64,000 bases of DNA from Leucoraja ocellata. Its lineage: Eukaryota. Under the pieces are notes generated by a model. That model was not told the origin of the DNA. It did not search any database and worked only from the letters and a program-made list of their open reading frames with translations. The first letter of the stretch is position 1; each line of letters begins with the position of its first letter. The position numbers were made by a program, and so were the translations under genes. This document shows, one piece after another, positions 36,201-47,571 of the stretch. The DNA is taken from positions 1,240,001 to 1,304,000 of the forward strand of contig JAWMAR010000481.1 in the NCBI GenBank assembly GCA_036785375.1, read 5' to 3'.

Positions 36201-38083
36201 TTTAGGGATGTTAAGTCAATGATGTAGCGACATCCACCATCTGTTTTGGTTTTGGTGAATATATTGGATACAAATTCCAAGGGTTCATGTTTGGTCTTTT
36301 CTATGACACCCTTTGTGATAAGTCTCACCAGTTCAGCTTGTCCCTCCCGTTGCGGACCCCAATGTGCGGACCCCAAGCGTTCACCAGTCCCATATTCCTG
36401 ATGTCGACTGGTGGATGCCGTGGGTGTGCTGCCGCTTGGATATCAGAGGTCTTGGTTTGCTCGTCCCGGGGCCTGCCCTCATTAGGCCGAAGGTTTTTGA
36501 TGCTTCCTCCATCTCCTTCAGTTTTTTATTAAGATCTTTCCCAAATAGCAGTGCGTCCGTCTCCGCAGCTGGGGCTTTACACAAGCCAGCAAATTTGGGA
36601 TTGAGGGCAGGTCTTATGATTTTCATCTGGAGACTGTTTCTCGAATTGTGTGGTACACACTAATGCCGGCACATCCTGCTGGCATGTAACCATATAACCA
36701 TATAACAATTACAGCACGGAAACAGGCCATCTCGACCCTTCTAGTCCGTGCCGAACACAAAATCTCCCCCAGTCCCATATACCTGCGCTCAGACCATAAC
36801 CCTCCATTCCCTTCCCATCCATATAACTATCCAATTTATTTTTAAATGATAAAAACGAGCCTGCCTCCACCACCTTCACTGGAAGCTCATTCCACACAGC
36901 CACCACTCTCTGAGTAAAGAAGTTCCCCCTCATGTTACCCCTAAACTTCAGTCCCTTAATTCTCATGTCATGTCCCCTTGTTTGAATCTTCCCTACTCTC
37001 AGTGGGAAAAGCTTTTCCACGTCAAATCTGTCTATCCCTCTCATCATTTTAAAAACCTCTATCAAGTCCCCCCTTAACCTTCTGCGCTCCAAAGAATAAA
37101 GCCCTAACTTGTTCAACCTTTCTCTGTAACTTAGTTGCTGAAACCCAGGCAACATTCTAGTAAATGTATTGGTCTCCGTAGTCTCCACGGAGCGAGCAAA
37201 GACTGTGGTGGCCGACGTGTGGAGGCTTAGGATCCGCTGTAGCTTGAGTTCTTGGTTCCGGATGTGTGCCCACACATGCCCCCAGATTTGGCTGTTGACA
37301 CTTTTCTGGTGCTGTGTGTTGTTCCAGCACCTCGGTGAGCACCTTTTCTAGTAATGGTTTATTGGATAGGTGGTTGATGCTGGCTGTCCTTCTTGGCTAC
37401 AAAGCGGTCCACCACACCCAACAGCTGTTCCTGTTCCTGCACCCCTAGCATACTCCCGAGTTCGTCCGCCTGCCCCTGTTCCAGACCAGCCCAGCCCTGG
37501 TCACCAATGCTAGCCTCCAGTAATGAGGGAGCAGAGGGCAGTGCACAAGACACTGTGGAGGAGGTACCTGTCCTTTCTCCCCGGGAGCGCTCTTGTTGCG
37601 TGTCCCGGTGGAGCATCTCCTCCAGGAGCTGCTGAATACAGCTCAGGCGGCTGTCTCTCCTCCGCTTTGGTGGAGACATGTCCCCCTCCGACGAATCGGA
37701 GATGACTGGCCGATTGGGCTTCCTGGCCGCTTTCTCAGTCCGCCGTGCAGGCTTTGGCGAGACTGGGCTTGGCTCGGTCTCGGGGATAGTGAAACGCTCT
37801 GAGAGCGACGCTGCCACCGGTTGCTGCCCCGCTGGTAGAGTTGAAGCGGGGCAGTTTCTCTTTGAGAGTTTTCTGCGTTGTGTCGACTTCTGAAAAGCAA
37901 ACACAACTGCAACTCTCCTCTGTTATTCCAACGCACCGTATACTTACCTGACGGTCCGTTGTTTAAAGTGCAGCTGGAGAGCCTGACTCCAGCTGCCGCC
38001 GCTGTTGCACTGCTGGCGTAATGCCGCGCCTGCGCACTGATCGGGTTCCTCACAAAGTCACTCACGTGACTCCGAAGTAAAAT
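33233..38083 (-). mobile_element. DIRS1-like retrotransposon nested in L1 ORF2 (gag, RT, RNase H, methyltransferase-like, tyrosine recombinase)
   Basis: YR 33669..34199 (R...HSTRAAS...AGW...TF..FY); MT-like 34639..35094 (IDLFAS, YAFLPF); RNase H 35152..35604 (TDAS, INYLE, DNTT); RT 35779-36376 (LKDAY, YLDD); same termini as 8802-13145; removing it restores L1 frame FNAN|YSPLL. Confidence 0.92.
36689..37163 (-). mobile_element. 5'-truncated CR1 nested in the DIRS gag region, probable TSD ATGTA
   Basis: Reverse (TTATATGG)n tail at ~36690-36705; ATGTA at 36684-36688 and 37164-37168. Confidence 0.88.
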
Positions 38084-41000
38084 TAGCATTAAACATACCG
38101 TGATAAATTCTAGTGATTTCAATTCCTAAGTATTTAAATTTTTCTGTAGCTATTTTAAAGGGGAATTTCAAAAGATGTGTTGAGTCTTTCGGTTTTATCG
38201 ACATAATTTCACTTTTGTTCCAGTTTATTCTGTATCCTGAGAAAGAACCGAAATCCTCGATTAGGTTTAATATGTTTGGTATACTGATTTGGGGTTTTGT
38301 GATATATTATAGTACATCGTCTGCATATAAGGCTATTTTGTTATTTGAATGTTTTGTATTATACCCATATGTTAGGATATGTTCTAATTTTTTCACAGAA
38401 TTAGGATGTGTTCTAATTTTTTCAGCTAAAGGTTCAATTACCAGAGCAAATAATAGTGGTGATAATGAACACCCTTGTCTATTGCCCCTTGTTAATTGGA
38501 ATTTCGTAGATAGTATATTATTAGTTAATATTCTAGCCGTGGGTTTGTTATATAATAATTTTATCCATGCAATGAAGCTCTCTCTCATTTGAAATTTTTG
38601 CAATACTTTAAACATATATTCCCATTCTACTTGATCAAACGCATTTTCTGTGGCCAATGAAATGATAGATAACTCTTGTTCTTGAGATTTGTGAGAGTGC
38701 ATTATGTTAAGCAGACGTCTCAGGTTATTAAATGAGTGTCTCTTAGTTATAAATCGCTAATATGTTTTGATCCATATTTAACAATGCTATAGCTCTGTAT
38801 GATCCTGGTTCTTCTATATCTTTATCTTTTTTAAGTATTAGTGTGATCGTTGATTCTGCTAGTGTTTCAGGTAAGGTTTGTTCTTTAAAAGCAAATGTAC
38901 ACATTTTCTGTAGGCGTGGGGTCACTGTATCGTAAAAACATTTATAAAATTCATTACTGAATCCGTCTGGTCCTGGTGTTTTTCCGTTCTTAAGTGTGTT
39001 TATTGTGTCTTCTATTTCCTTAGCTGTAATTTGTGCTCCCAGTTTCTCTTGTTCCTTCAATTCTAGTTTTGGGAGGTTACAATCGTTCAAAAATTCTGAA
39101 ACTTTATTATTGTCTATTAGCATTTTTGATGTGTATAAATTCTTGTAAAATTGAGCAAAACTTTTATTGATATCATTAGATAGTGTTAATAATTCCCCTC
39201 TATCTGATTTAATCTTTAAAATTGCATGATCTTTTTCCCATTTTTTCAGTTGGCATGCCAAAAGTTTATGGGGTTTATCCCCAAATTCAAAACGTTCTTG
39301 TTTAGTAATTTGGAATAATCTTATAATCTTCTCTGATAATAATTTATTTAGCTTAAATTTCAGAATTAAAATTTTATTATGTTTATCCATAGTTGGATCT
39401 TTAGCATTATCTATATCTAGTTGTCTGATTTGTTCTTCTAATTGTCTTTGTTCATTTTTATTCTTTTTGTTTTGAAAAGCTTAATACGAGATAATGACTC
39501 CTCTAATAAATGCTTTGAAGGATTCCCATAATAAAGTAGGCGAAATATCTGGTGTATCATTTATCTCAAAAAATAGATCCATTTGTTTTTTTAGATATAT
39601 ACTCCCTTGTGGGTCTTTCAAAATTTGCAAGTTAAACCTCCAGAACGATTTGTTCGTAGAGATTCCTTCCAGTTTTAAAACAAAAGATAGCGGGGAATGA
39701 TCTGAAATCGTAATGGTGTGGTATTTAGGGTTAAGAGTATAAGGGATTCGTTTTGAATCCACTAGGAAATAGTCTATACGTGAGTATGTTTTATGCACCA
39801 TTGAATAAAACGAGTATTCCCTTCCAGTCGGGTTCGCGATCCTCCAAACGTCTGCTATATTTGTATTTTTTATATATGAGTTCACTAGTTTTAGATTTCA
39901 TATTACCTCTTTGTTTTTGCGTCGATTTATCTAAGTACGGATCTAAAGCACAGTTGAAGTCTCCTCCAATTATAACATTTTGGTAGTTAGATTCTGCGAT
40001 TTTATTCAGAATTTTATTAGAAAATTGAGGATTATCACAATTGGGTGCATATATGTTTACCAAGGTGATTGGCGTAGCATAAATCTCTCCTGTGACTATA
40101 AGGTATCTCCCTTCCTTATCTGATATAATATTCTTTGATTTGAATGGTATTCCTTTGCGAATAATAATTGCGGTGCCTCTGGATTTCGATGTGTATGAGG
40201 AGTGAAATGTTTGGCCTATCCATATCGCCCTCAATCTCATCTGGTCTTGATGTTTAAGGTGCGTTTCTTGTAGAAAAGAAATGTCCGTGTTATATGATTT
40301 CAACAGCTAGTATTTTGCCCCTTTTAATTGGTTCATTAATACCCCTTATATTCCAGCTACACAGTGTGATTCGTCTCATTTTCTTTTGTTTATCATCTTG
40401 CATTTTCTCTGATTTTAGTACCTTTATTTATTACGGTGCATCCGTAGCTCAGGACTCTGGATAGTTGGGGGGCGTTTATATTATTAACTTCCTTGGTAGA
40501 TCCCTTTTGCGATTTTCCTTGAAAAAAAAACACATAATAGTCACATATTGTGATAAAAAAAAAAAATTGACAGGTAAAATTACAGTGTCTGAAGTGTTCG
40601 ACACTGTAATGCGTGTCCCACACGTCTGTGGGGTCCGACATTTATTCGACTTCCGAAATTGATGATGTACTGTTAGCTCCGATCTTTTTATTATTCTGTC
40701 CCTAAGAAGGCGGTGCCATTTTAAATTCAGCTAAATTTCACCCGTTACCTTATCTATATCTGTATATATATATATATATATTTCATTAGCCAGTATCCGA
40801 TCTGTGTTCAGCTACTGTGAAATTTATTTATCTAACACTTTCATCTACTAATTATTTATAGTTAGTTATATCTTTGATAAAAGTAAGCTGTTACCTGTAA
40901 GGGTTAATCAGAAACAGGCTCCTGGAATTGTGCCAGGTGCCTGAGTCTTCTCCCTTCTTCACACGAACAACGTATCCCTTATCCTTTCAATGTTATCTAC

Positions 41001-41436
41001 TTTAATTCTAAAATTAGTCATCTCTATATATGAGCTAGTCAGTCTTATAAGCAGATTATTACTTTTTACCCATTATATAGTTCAGGTTAGTTTCCATTTA
41101 TATTTCTATATTAATATTGTTAGTTATTATTAATTCTCTATATTTTGTAAAACTGTTTTAAAATCTTGATTCGCCATTCGACCTTGGGGTGTTTTCCACA
41201 TTTGGCTCTGATGTTCATCTTTGGTTAGCTCATCAGTCTTTCCTTCATTCTGAACAAAGGATGTCCTTGAGTTAAATTCCAAAGCGTCCAAAGGAGATAA
41301 GATGTCTAGACAAACGCACGTGGAAATTAGGTTCCATTTTACACTTTTAGAGAGTGTTATTTCTTCCTTTGTCTTCGGGTGTTCTCTGTGGGATAATAAA
41401 AGGCAAGAAAATGTCCATATACTCCCGCTGGTGTGG

Positions 41437-42480
41437 TTAATCTACTGTTTCTGCCTTTGCGACAATCTCTTTGGCATATTTATAAGATGCGTCCGAGTTA
41501 GTGAAAGTTTTCTCTTTTCCCTTGTAAGTAATGCGCATTCTGGCCGGATAAAAAACGCCACATCTAACATCTTTGACTCCATAGAGAATCTGTCTTGTCT
41601 GTTCAAACTTTCTTCTCTTTTGAACAATCTCAAAGGGATAGTCCCACAGGAGTTTGATAGTGTCTTGTCCAAAGGTCATCTTCACTCCATATTTGATTTT
41701 TTTCATCAGGTCCTCAAGTGCTGAAATGTCCCGAAGTTTGACTATGATCTGTCGTGGGTGGGCTGGATCTGCTTGTGCTCTTGGCTTAAATCTTGGTATT
41801 CGATGTGCCACTTCAATTTCTGGTTCCACAGGTAGATTGAGTACCTGTTTGATTAGGTTGGCAGTGAATCCACGAGCGTTGTCCCCTTCTGCCCCTTCTG
41901 TTACTCCCAGTATTCGTAGATTTTGGCGTCGTGAGTGAGCTTCAAGATCAAGGCATTTATCTGAAACTTTCGCCAGTTGACTCTTGAGGCTGTCCACTTC
42001 TAGCTTAATTCCCTGCATATCTTCAGCCATTTGTTCAACCGCTGTTTCCATGTCTTTTATTTCGGTTCCATGTGAAGAAACATTCACAGCCTCAAACTTC
42101 TTCTCAGTTTCTTCTTCACCTTTCTTAATTCTCACCACTAGCTCTTCATGCACATCCTCAATTCGTTTTTGTATAATACCAATGCAGTCAATAATTTTTT
42201 GATTACCAGCATTAATGTTTGCCATATTTTCCATTGATTTAACATTCATATTTTCCATACTTTCCAACATTTTTGAGTTTCCAGCCTCAATATCCTTTCT
42301 CAAATCTCTTACCGAGCTCTTGATCTCCTCCATTTCATTTTTCTCCTTAGTAGCCATCTCAGTCTTGGATCTTGTAGCCATTCCACAATCCACTTCAGAG
42401 GTCTGTTCTTCACTTTTCTGTGTTTTCAGCAGTTTTGAGATGTTTCTCTGAGGGCTCTGAGCTGGAGAAGTTTTTTTCAT
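41437..42480 (-). CDS. L1 ORF1p (coiled coil + RRM + CTD), apparently intact, 347 aa
   Basis: DLEAHSRRQNLRILGVTEG, AHR, YPARMRI motifs. Confidence 0.85.
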   Translation of the reverse strand: MKKTSPAQSPQRNISKLLKTQKSEEQTSEVDCGMATRSKTEMATKEKNEMEEIKSSVRDLRKDIEAGNSKMLESMENMNVKSMENMANINAGNQKIIDCIGIIQKRIEDVHEELVVRIKKGEEETEKKFEAVNVSSHGTEIKDMETAVEQMAEDMQGIKLEVDSLKSQLAKVSDKCLDLEAHSRRQNLRILGVTEGAEGDNARGFTANLIKQVLNLPVEPEIEVAHRIPRFKPRAQADPAHPRQIIVKLRDISALEDLMKKIKYGVKMTFGQDTIKLLWDYPFEIVQKRRKFEQTRQILYGVKDVRCGVFYPARMRITYKGKEKTFTNSDASYKYAKEIVAKAETVD

Positions 42481-42689
42481 TTAAACTGTATTCCCTTTGT
42501 TTTAAATTGCAGCGCTTACTAATGACGTCATCAGCGCGACATCCCGGGGCTCCGGTGAGTTTTTTGAATTGGTCCCGACTTCCAGACAAAATTTTAACGC
42601 GAAAAATCGCGTTTCCACAGGAGCGGAGCTAAAAGTTGCGACTGCTAGCCTAGCATGGTGCATCCGGAAGTCGTCGAATAAAGTTTTTG

Positions 42690-43100
42690 AAAACAAAAAA
42701 AAAGAGAGAGAAGGAGAACAAGAGAGGGAGATGGAATGGTGTTGGGGAAGATGGGATAGAGGGAGGGGAATGTGGGCTGAAGGGTGAAAGAAAGTGTGTG
42801 ACTGAGCGAGCGAGGGAGAGAATAAGGGGGGAGAGGGAGGTGGGAGGTGGTAGGTGTGAATGAGAGAAGGGAGGGAATGAATGAGGGAGAGAATGATTAG
42901 GGAGGGAGAAAACCTCAGAGAGGGTGGGGATGGAGTGAATGAGTGGAGGAAGGGAGTGAATGTAGTGAAGTAGAGGAGTGAATAAGGGCCGGAAAAAGAG
43001 GAGTGACTGAGGGGAGAGAGATCTCTTCCTCCTCTTTTCTCGCCCCATCCCTCCCTCCCTCCCTCACTCCCCCCCCCCCCCCTGTCTCTCTCTCTCACTC
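42690..43100. repeat. Purine-rich then pyrimidine-rich low-complexity tract (paralog 58080-58505)
   Basis: GA-rich sequence then C/CT runs. Confidence 0.85.
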
Positions 43101-43834
43101 TCTCACTCCTATTTGATAGTGCCCTCCAATAACTATTTAATGGTGCCCTCCATTGACTATATAAAGTTGCCCCTCCTTCATTATTTTGCGGTCAACACTC
43201 CCACCACTATGACAGGTCCCTGTATTTTATCACATAACTTTAATTCATGTCCATTAGAGATAGGAGCAAAATTAGGCCATTAAGACCATCGAGTACTCCG
43301 CCATTTAAACCATGGCTGATGTCTCTTTCCCTCTCAACCCCATTCTCCTGCCTTCGTCCCATAACCCCTGACACCCGCGCTAATCAAGAATCCACTCCTA
43401 GAACTTAATAAACTCATAAAGTCATCTCTGGGTCCACAATTCATAAAGGTTCGTCATCACAGCAAAGCATCGCCTGCTTATCCACAAAAAAAAACTAGCT
43501 TTAGATTTTAAAACCTATTTTATTCATAGAATGTCCTGATTTCCAAATACAGAGGTCGAGCGAATATCAAGGTGACAACAAAATAACTGGAGCTGTCATT
43601 GCGGCATTACACCACTGGGTGGGAGTGTTGTCCACAAAATTAAGGGTCTGCCTTTTTAATTTTAATTTTGTTTTATATTCCCTGAGATAAAAATTCTTAT
43701 CAAGTAAGAATATCTTTATATATCTGGAGGGTTGTGTTAGTGAATGGAGAACCTGCATTTGTAGTATTGTGAGCAGTTTTGGCCCCATATCTGAGGAAGG
43801 ATGTGGCGGCATTGGAGAGGGCCCAGAGGAGGTT

Positions 43835-44130
43835 TAATTTAGTTTAGTTTAGAGCACAGCACAGCACAGAAACAGGCCCTTCATCCCACTGAGTCCGCAT
43901 TGAACAGCGACTAACACCAACACTATTCTACACACACTAGGGACAATTTACTAATTTTACCGAAGCCAATTAACGTCTTTGGAGTGTGGGAGGGTTCCGG
44001 AGCACCCGGAGAAAATTCACGCAGGTCACGGGAAGAACATGCAAACTCCGTACAGACAGCACCTGTAGTCAGGATCAAACCCAGGTCTCATGTGCTGAGA
44101 GGCAGTAACTCTACCGCTGCACCGCCATGC
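43835..44130 (-). mobile_element. V-SINE (paralog ~59232-59528)
   Basis: Reverse-complement similarity to 20887-21200. Confidence 0.7.
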
Positions 44131-44888
44131 TGTCCCTACAGCTCTCACCAACTTCTACAGATGCGCCGTGGAATGCATCTTATCGGGATGCATCACAGCA
44201 CGGTTTGGGAACAGTTCCATCCAAAGAGCCGCAAGAAATCACAGAGTTGTGGATGCAGTACCGACCATCCAACACAAACCAACCTCACTTCCATCAACTC
44301 CATCTACACCTCACACTGCCTCGGCAAGACCAGCAGCATAATCAAGGACCAGTCTCAGCCCGGTCACTCACTCTTGTCCTGTCTCCCATCGGGCAAGAGG
44401 CACAAAAGTGTTAAACTGCACACCTCCAGATTCAGGGACAGTTTCTTCCCTGGAATAATACAGCGTGGAAACAGGCCCTTTGGCCCAACTTGCCCACATC
44501 AGCCACCATGTCACATCTACACTAGTACCACCTGCCTGCATTTGGTCCATATCCCTCCAAACCTGCCCTGTCCATGTACCTGTCCAAATGTGATACTACC
44601 TGCCTCAATTACATCCTCCGGCAGCTCGTTCCATGCACCCAGCACTCTCTGTGTGGAAAAGTTACCCCTCAGGTTCCTATTAAATCTTTCATCTTTCACC
44701 TCCTCTCCCACCTTAAACCCGTGCCCTCTGTTTCTCCATTCCCCAGCTCTGGGCAAGAGATTCTGTGCGTCTGCCTGATCTATTCCCCTCATGATTGTAC
44801 ACCTCCATAAGATCACCCCTCATTCTCCTGTCCTCCAAGGAATACATTCGCTTACTGCCCCAACCTCTCCCTGTAGCTCAGACCCCTC
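44130..44888. mobile_element. Rex1-like (+) and CR1 (-) fragments (paralog ~59530-60286)
   Basis: SSIIKD..PGHSLLS.LPSGKR..RFRDSFFP and reverse RGID..NLLPR..RGHGFKV motifs. Confidence 0.7.
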
Positions 44889-45181
44889 NNNNNNNNNNNN
44901 NNNNNNNNNNNNNNNNNNNNNNNNNNNNNNNNNNNNNNNNNNNNNNNNNNNNNNNNNNNNNNNNNNNNNNNNNNNNNNNNNNNNNNNNNNNNNNNNNNNN
45001 NNNNNNNNNNNNNNNNNNNNNNNNNNNNNNNNNNNNNNNNNNNNNNNNNNNNNNNNNNNNNNNNNNNNNNNNNNNNNNNNNNNNNNNNNNNNNNNNNNNN
45101 NNNNNNNNNNNNNNNNNNNNNNNNNNNNNNNNNNNNNNNNNNNNNNNNNNNNNNNNNNNNNNNNNNNNNNNNNNNNNNNNN
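44889..45181. other. Assembly gap (293 N)
   Basis: Run of N. Confidence 1.
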
Positions 45182-46152
45182 TCTGCCCCTCTCTCTACCC
45201 TCTTCCTCTCTCACAATCCTCTTTCTCTCCTCTTGCGCCCCTGTCTCACTCCTCCTCTCTCCCTCCTCTCTCCCTCATCTCTCTCTCCCCTCTCTCTCCC
45301 CCCCCCCCCCCTCTAGCTGGGAATAAAATGGAGGATGTGCGTCAGAGACAAGTTGATTTCCTGGACGCCAAATGATTTTGTGATCAGATCAGGATGCGTT
45401 TATTCCAGATCAGCACAAAAGAAAATTGAAACGTAGAGGAGGGAGTGATAATCCTGCCCTGCTCCCTCTCCCTCTCACCTCCCCTCCCTCCCTCCCTCTG
45501 CACCTGTCCCTCTCCTCTCCCTCCCACCCTCTCCCCTCCCCTCCCCTCCCTCCCCACCCTCCCTCTCCTCTACCATCACCTCTCCCTCCTCACCTCCCCT
45601 GCCCTGACCCTCCTCTCCCATCTCTTTCCCCTTTCGCACCTCCCCTCCTCCCATCTCCTCCCCTCCCTTCCCCCCTCCTCTCCTCTCCGCCCCATTTCCC
45701 TCCTCACCACATCTACTAACCACATCTCCTTTTCTTCCTCTATCCTCCCATCTACAATCCCATCCCCTCTCTTCTCCTCCCCTCCCCTCTTCCCATTCAT
45801 CACAAAAGATCATTGTGATATTGTGTTGAGAGGTTTTCTACTCTCATTCCCTCCCCCTCCCTTCCTTACCTCTCCCCTCGAAGCTCCTCTCCCCTCATCC
45901 CTCCCCCTCTTCCCTCCTCTCCTCTCCCGTCATTTCCTCTACTCCCCTCTTCTCACCTCTCCCCTCCTCTCCTCATCTACTTCCTACTTCTGTCCTCCCC
46001 TCCCCTCTCGTTTCTCCCCTCTCCTCTCTTCTCTCCTGTCCACTCCCTCCCCTCCTCCTCCCTTCTCCCCTCTCCTCCCCTCTCCTATCCCCTCATAACC
46101 CCTTCTCTTTCCTCCCCTCATATCTCCATCGCTCCCTCTCTTCCCTCCCCTC
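45182..46152. repeat. Long polypyrimidine (CT-rich) low-complexity tract
   Basis: Read directly; the paralog at 60581-61898 is longer. Confidence 0.9.
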
Positions 46153-47153
46153 AAATACAGCTCGATAATTATAATAAAGTGGTGAGATTTGTACCTGCTG
46201 TACCTACCTGCATGCTTACTTTCACGATGCTGAACAAGTTGTCATTTAGAAGGCTAAAGGAAGTTTTGTTTGATGTTTTCACAAAGTTAATGGGAGCTAA
46301 CAGAATAGATTACCCTGTGAAGATCTATTTACACACCTCCACATTCAGGGACAGTTTCTTCCCAGCTGTTATCAGGCAACTGAATCATCCCACCACATCC
46401 AGAGAGTGGTCCTGAACTACTATCTCCCTCACTGGAGACCCTCGGACTATCTTTGATTGGACTTTACTGGTTTTACCTTGCACTAAACATTAATCCCTTA
46501 TCATGTATGTATACACTGTGAATGACTCATTTGTAATCATGTTTTGCCTTTCCGCTGAATGGTTAGCATGCAACAAAAGCATTTCACTGTACCTTGGTAC
46601 ACGTGACAATAAACTAAACTAACTAGATGAGGAGGAATTATTTTTTAGTTGTATACAGTGCTCCCTGGGTTACAAATGATCTCCCTGATTTATGGAAATC
46701 CAACTTTATACAAAGTACAGGGTCTAAAAGTTAGAGATAGCCATGCTACATGAAGTGGGTCATGGCGTCTGAAGAAGGGTCTCGACGTGAAACCTCACCA
46801 ATTCCTTCTCTCCAGAGATACTGCCTGTGCAACTGAGTTACTCCAGCTTTTTGTGTCTATCAGAGGTTCATGGAAGTTTGGAATTGCCTTCCACAGTTAG
46901 CATTTGGTTCCAGGTGTGAAGGTGATTTTATATCTGAGATTGCAGAGTTTGACTATACGAGATGTTAATGGATGTAGGGGAAAGTCAGCTCAGTGGAGCT
47001 GGTGATAGATCTCCACATACCATTGAACGGTGGAACTAACCCAAGCCTCCTGTCTTCCTGTCCTCCTGTTGCCTTCATTTTATTCACACGTTGTTGATCT
47101 TCACAAAACATCGGCGGCAAACTAACTGTCTCACCTTCTCATTTGTCCTGAAG

Positions 47154-47293
47154 CCGGCACAGAATTGACAGGTGAGGAAGGGAAGGTGGAGCCAGGGGAC
47201 TTGGATGGAGATGACAATATGCTCACAGTTGCTGCCTTCGCCATCCTGTTCATTATCAGTTTCCTCTACAGTACCTTCGTCACTGTTGTCAAG
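47154..47293 (+). CDS. IgW: Ig TM1 exon, copy 2 (intact, but no TM2 in its unit)
   Basis: Same acceptor/donor as copy 1; one V>I and one synonymous change seen. Confidence 0.85.
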
Positions 47294-47571
47294 GTAACGA
47301 TGACCAACGACAAAGATACTTTGTGACCCCCCCACACTGTGACCGTCCATTCCTCACTACACTGTGTTCTCTGACTCTTCAATCCTCACCACACCACGGC
47401 CAACAGATGATGCAGTCTGGGACAATAAGGGGGGGTGTGTCAAATGGGATAGTCAGGGCCGGAGTTAAAGGGAAAGGGAGTAAAGGGATAGTTAATGACC
47501 CAAGAATTAAAGGGAAAGAAAGCTCACAAAGGGATAGGAGAGTAATAAGGATCAATGTGAAAGGTGAGAAA

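Larger units (their letters stand above)
27246..42672 (-). mobile_element. Full-length L1-clade LINE (~6.3 kb native) carrying nested CR1 and DIRS; 14-bp TSD GTCGAATAAAGTTT
   Basis: 5' end GACTTCCGG on the - strand; TSD at 27232-27245 and 42673-42686; empty site ~58063; ORF2 pieces: EN (39791..40303 FLQETH, GGDFN; 39481..39885 SRIDY, SDH), RT (38307..38702 RQGCSLSPLLF, YADD), C-terminus (27648-28656). Confidence 0.92.

Noticed and set aside
36709-37275. Apparent DIRS gag-CR1 fusion ORF
   Set aside because: Chance in-frame junction from a 5'-truncated CR1 insertion into a broken element
44791-45375. ORFs spanning N runs (also 60189-60740)
   Set aside because: Gap artefacts
45426-46098. Pro/Leu/Ser- or Gly/Glu/Arg-rich ORFs (also 21445-21933, 42502-43098, 60768-62161)
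   Set aside because: Low-complexity tracts that lack stop codons by composition
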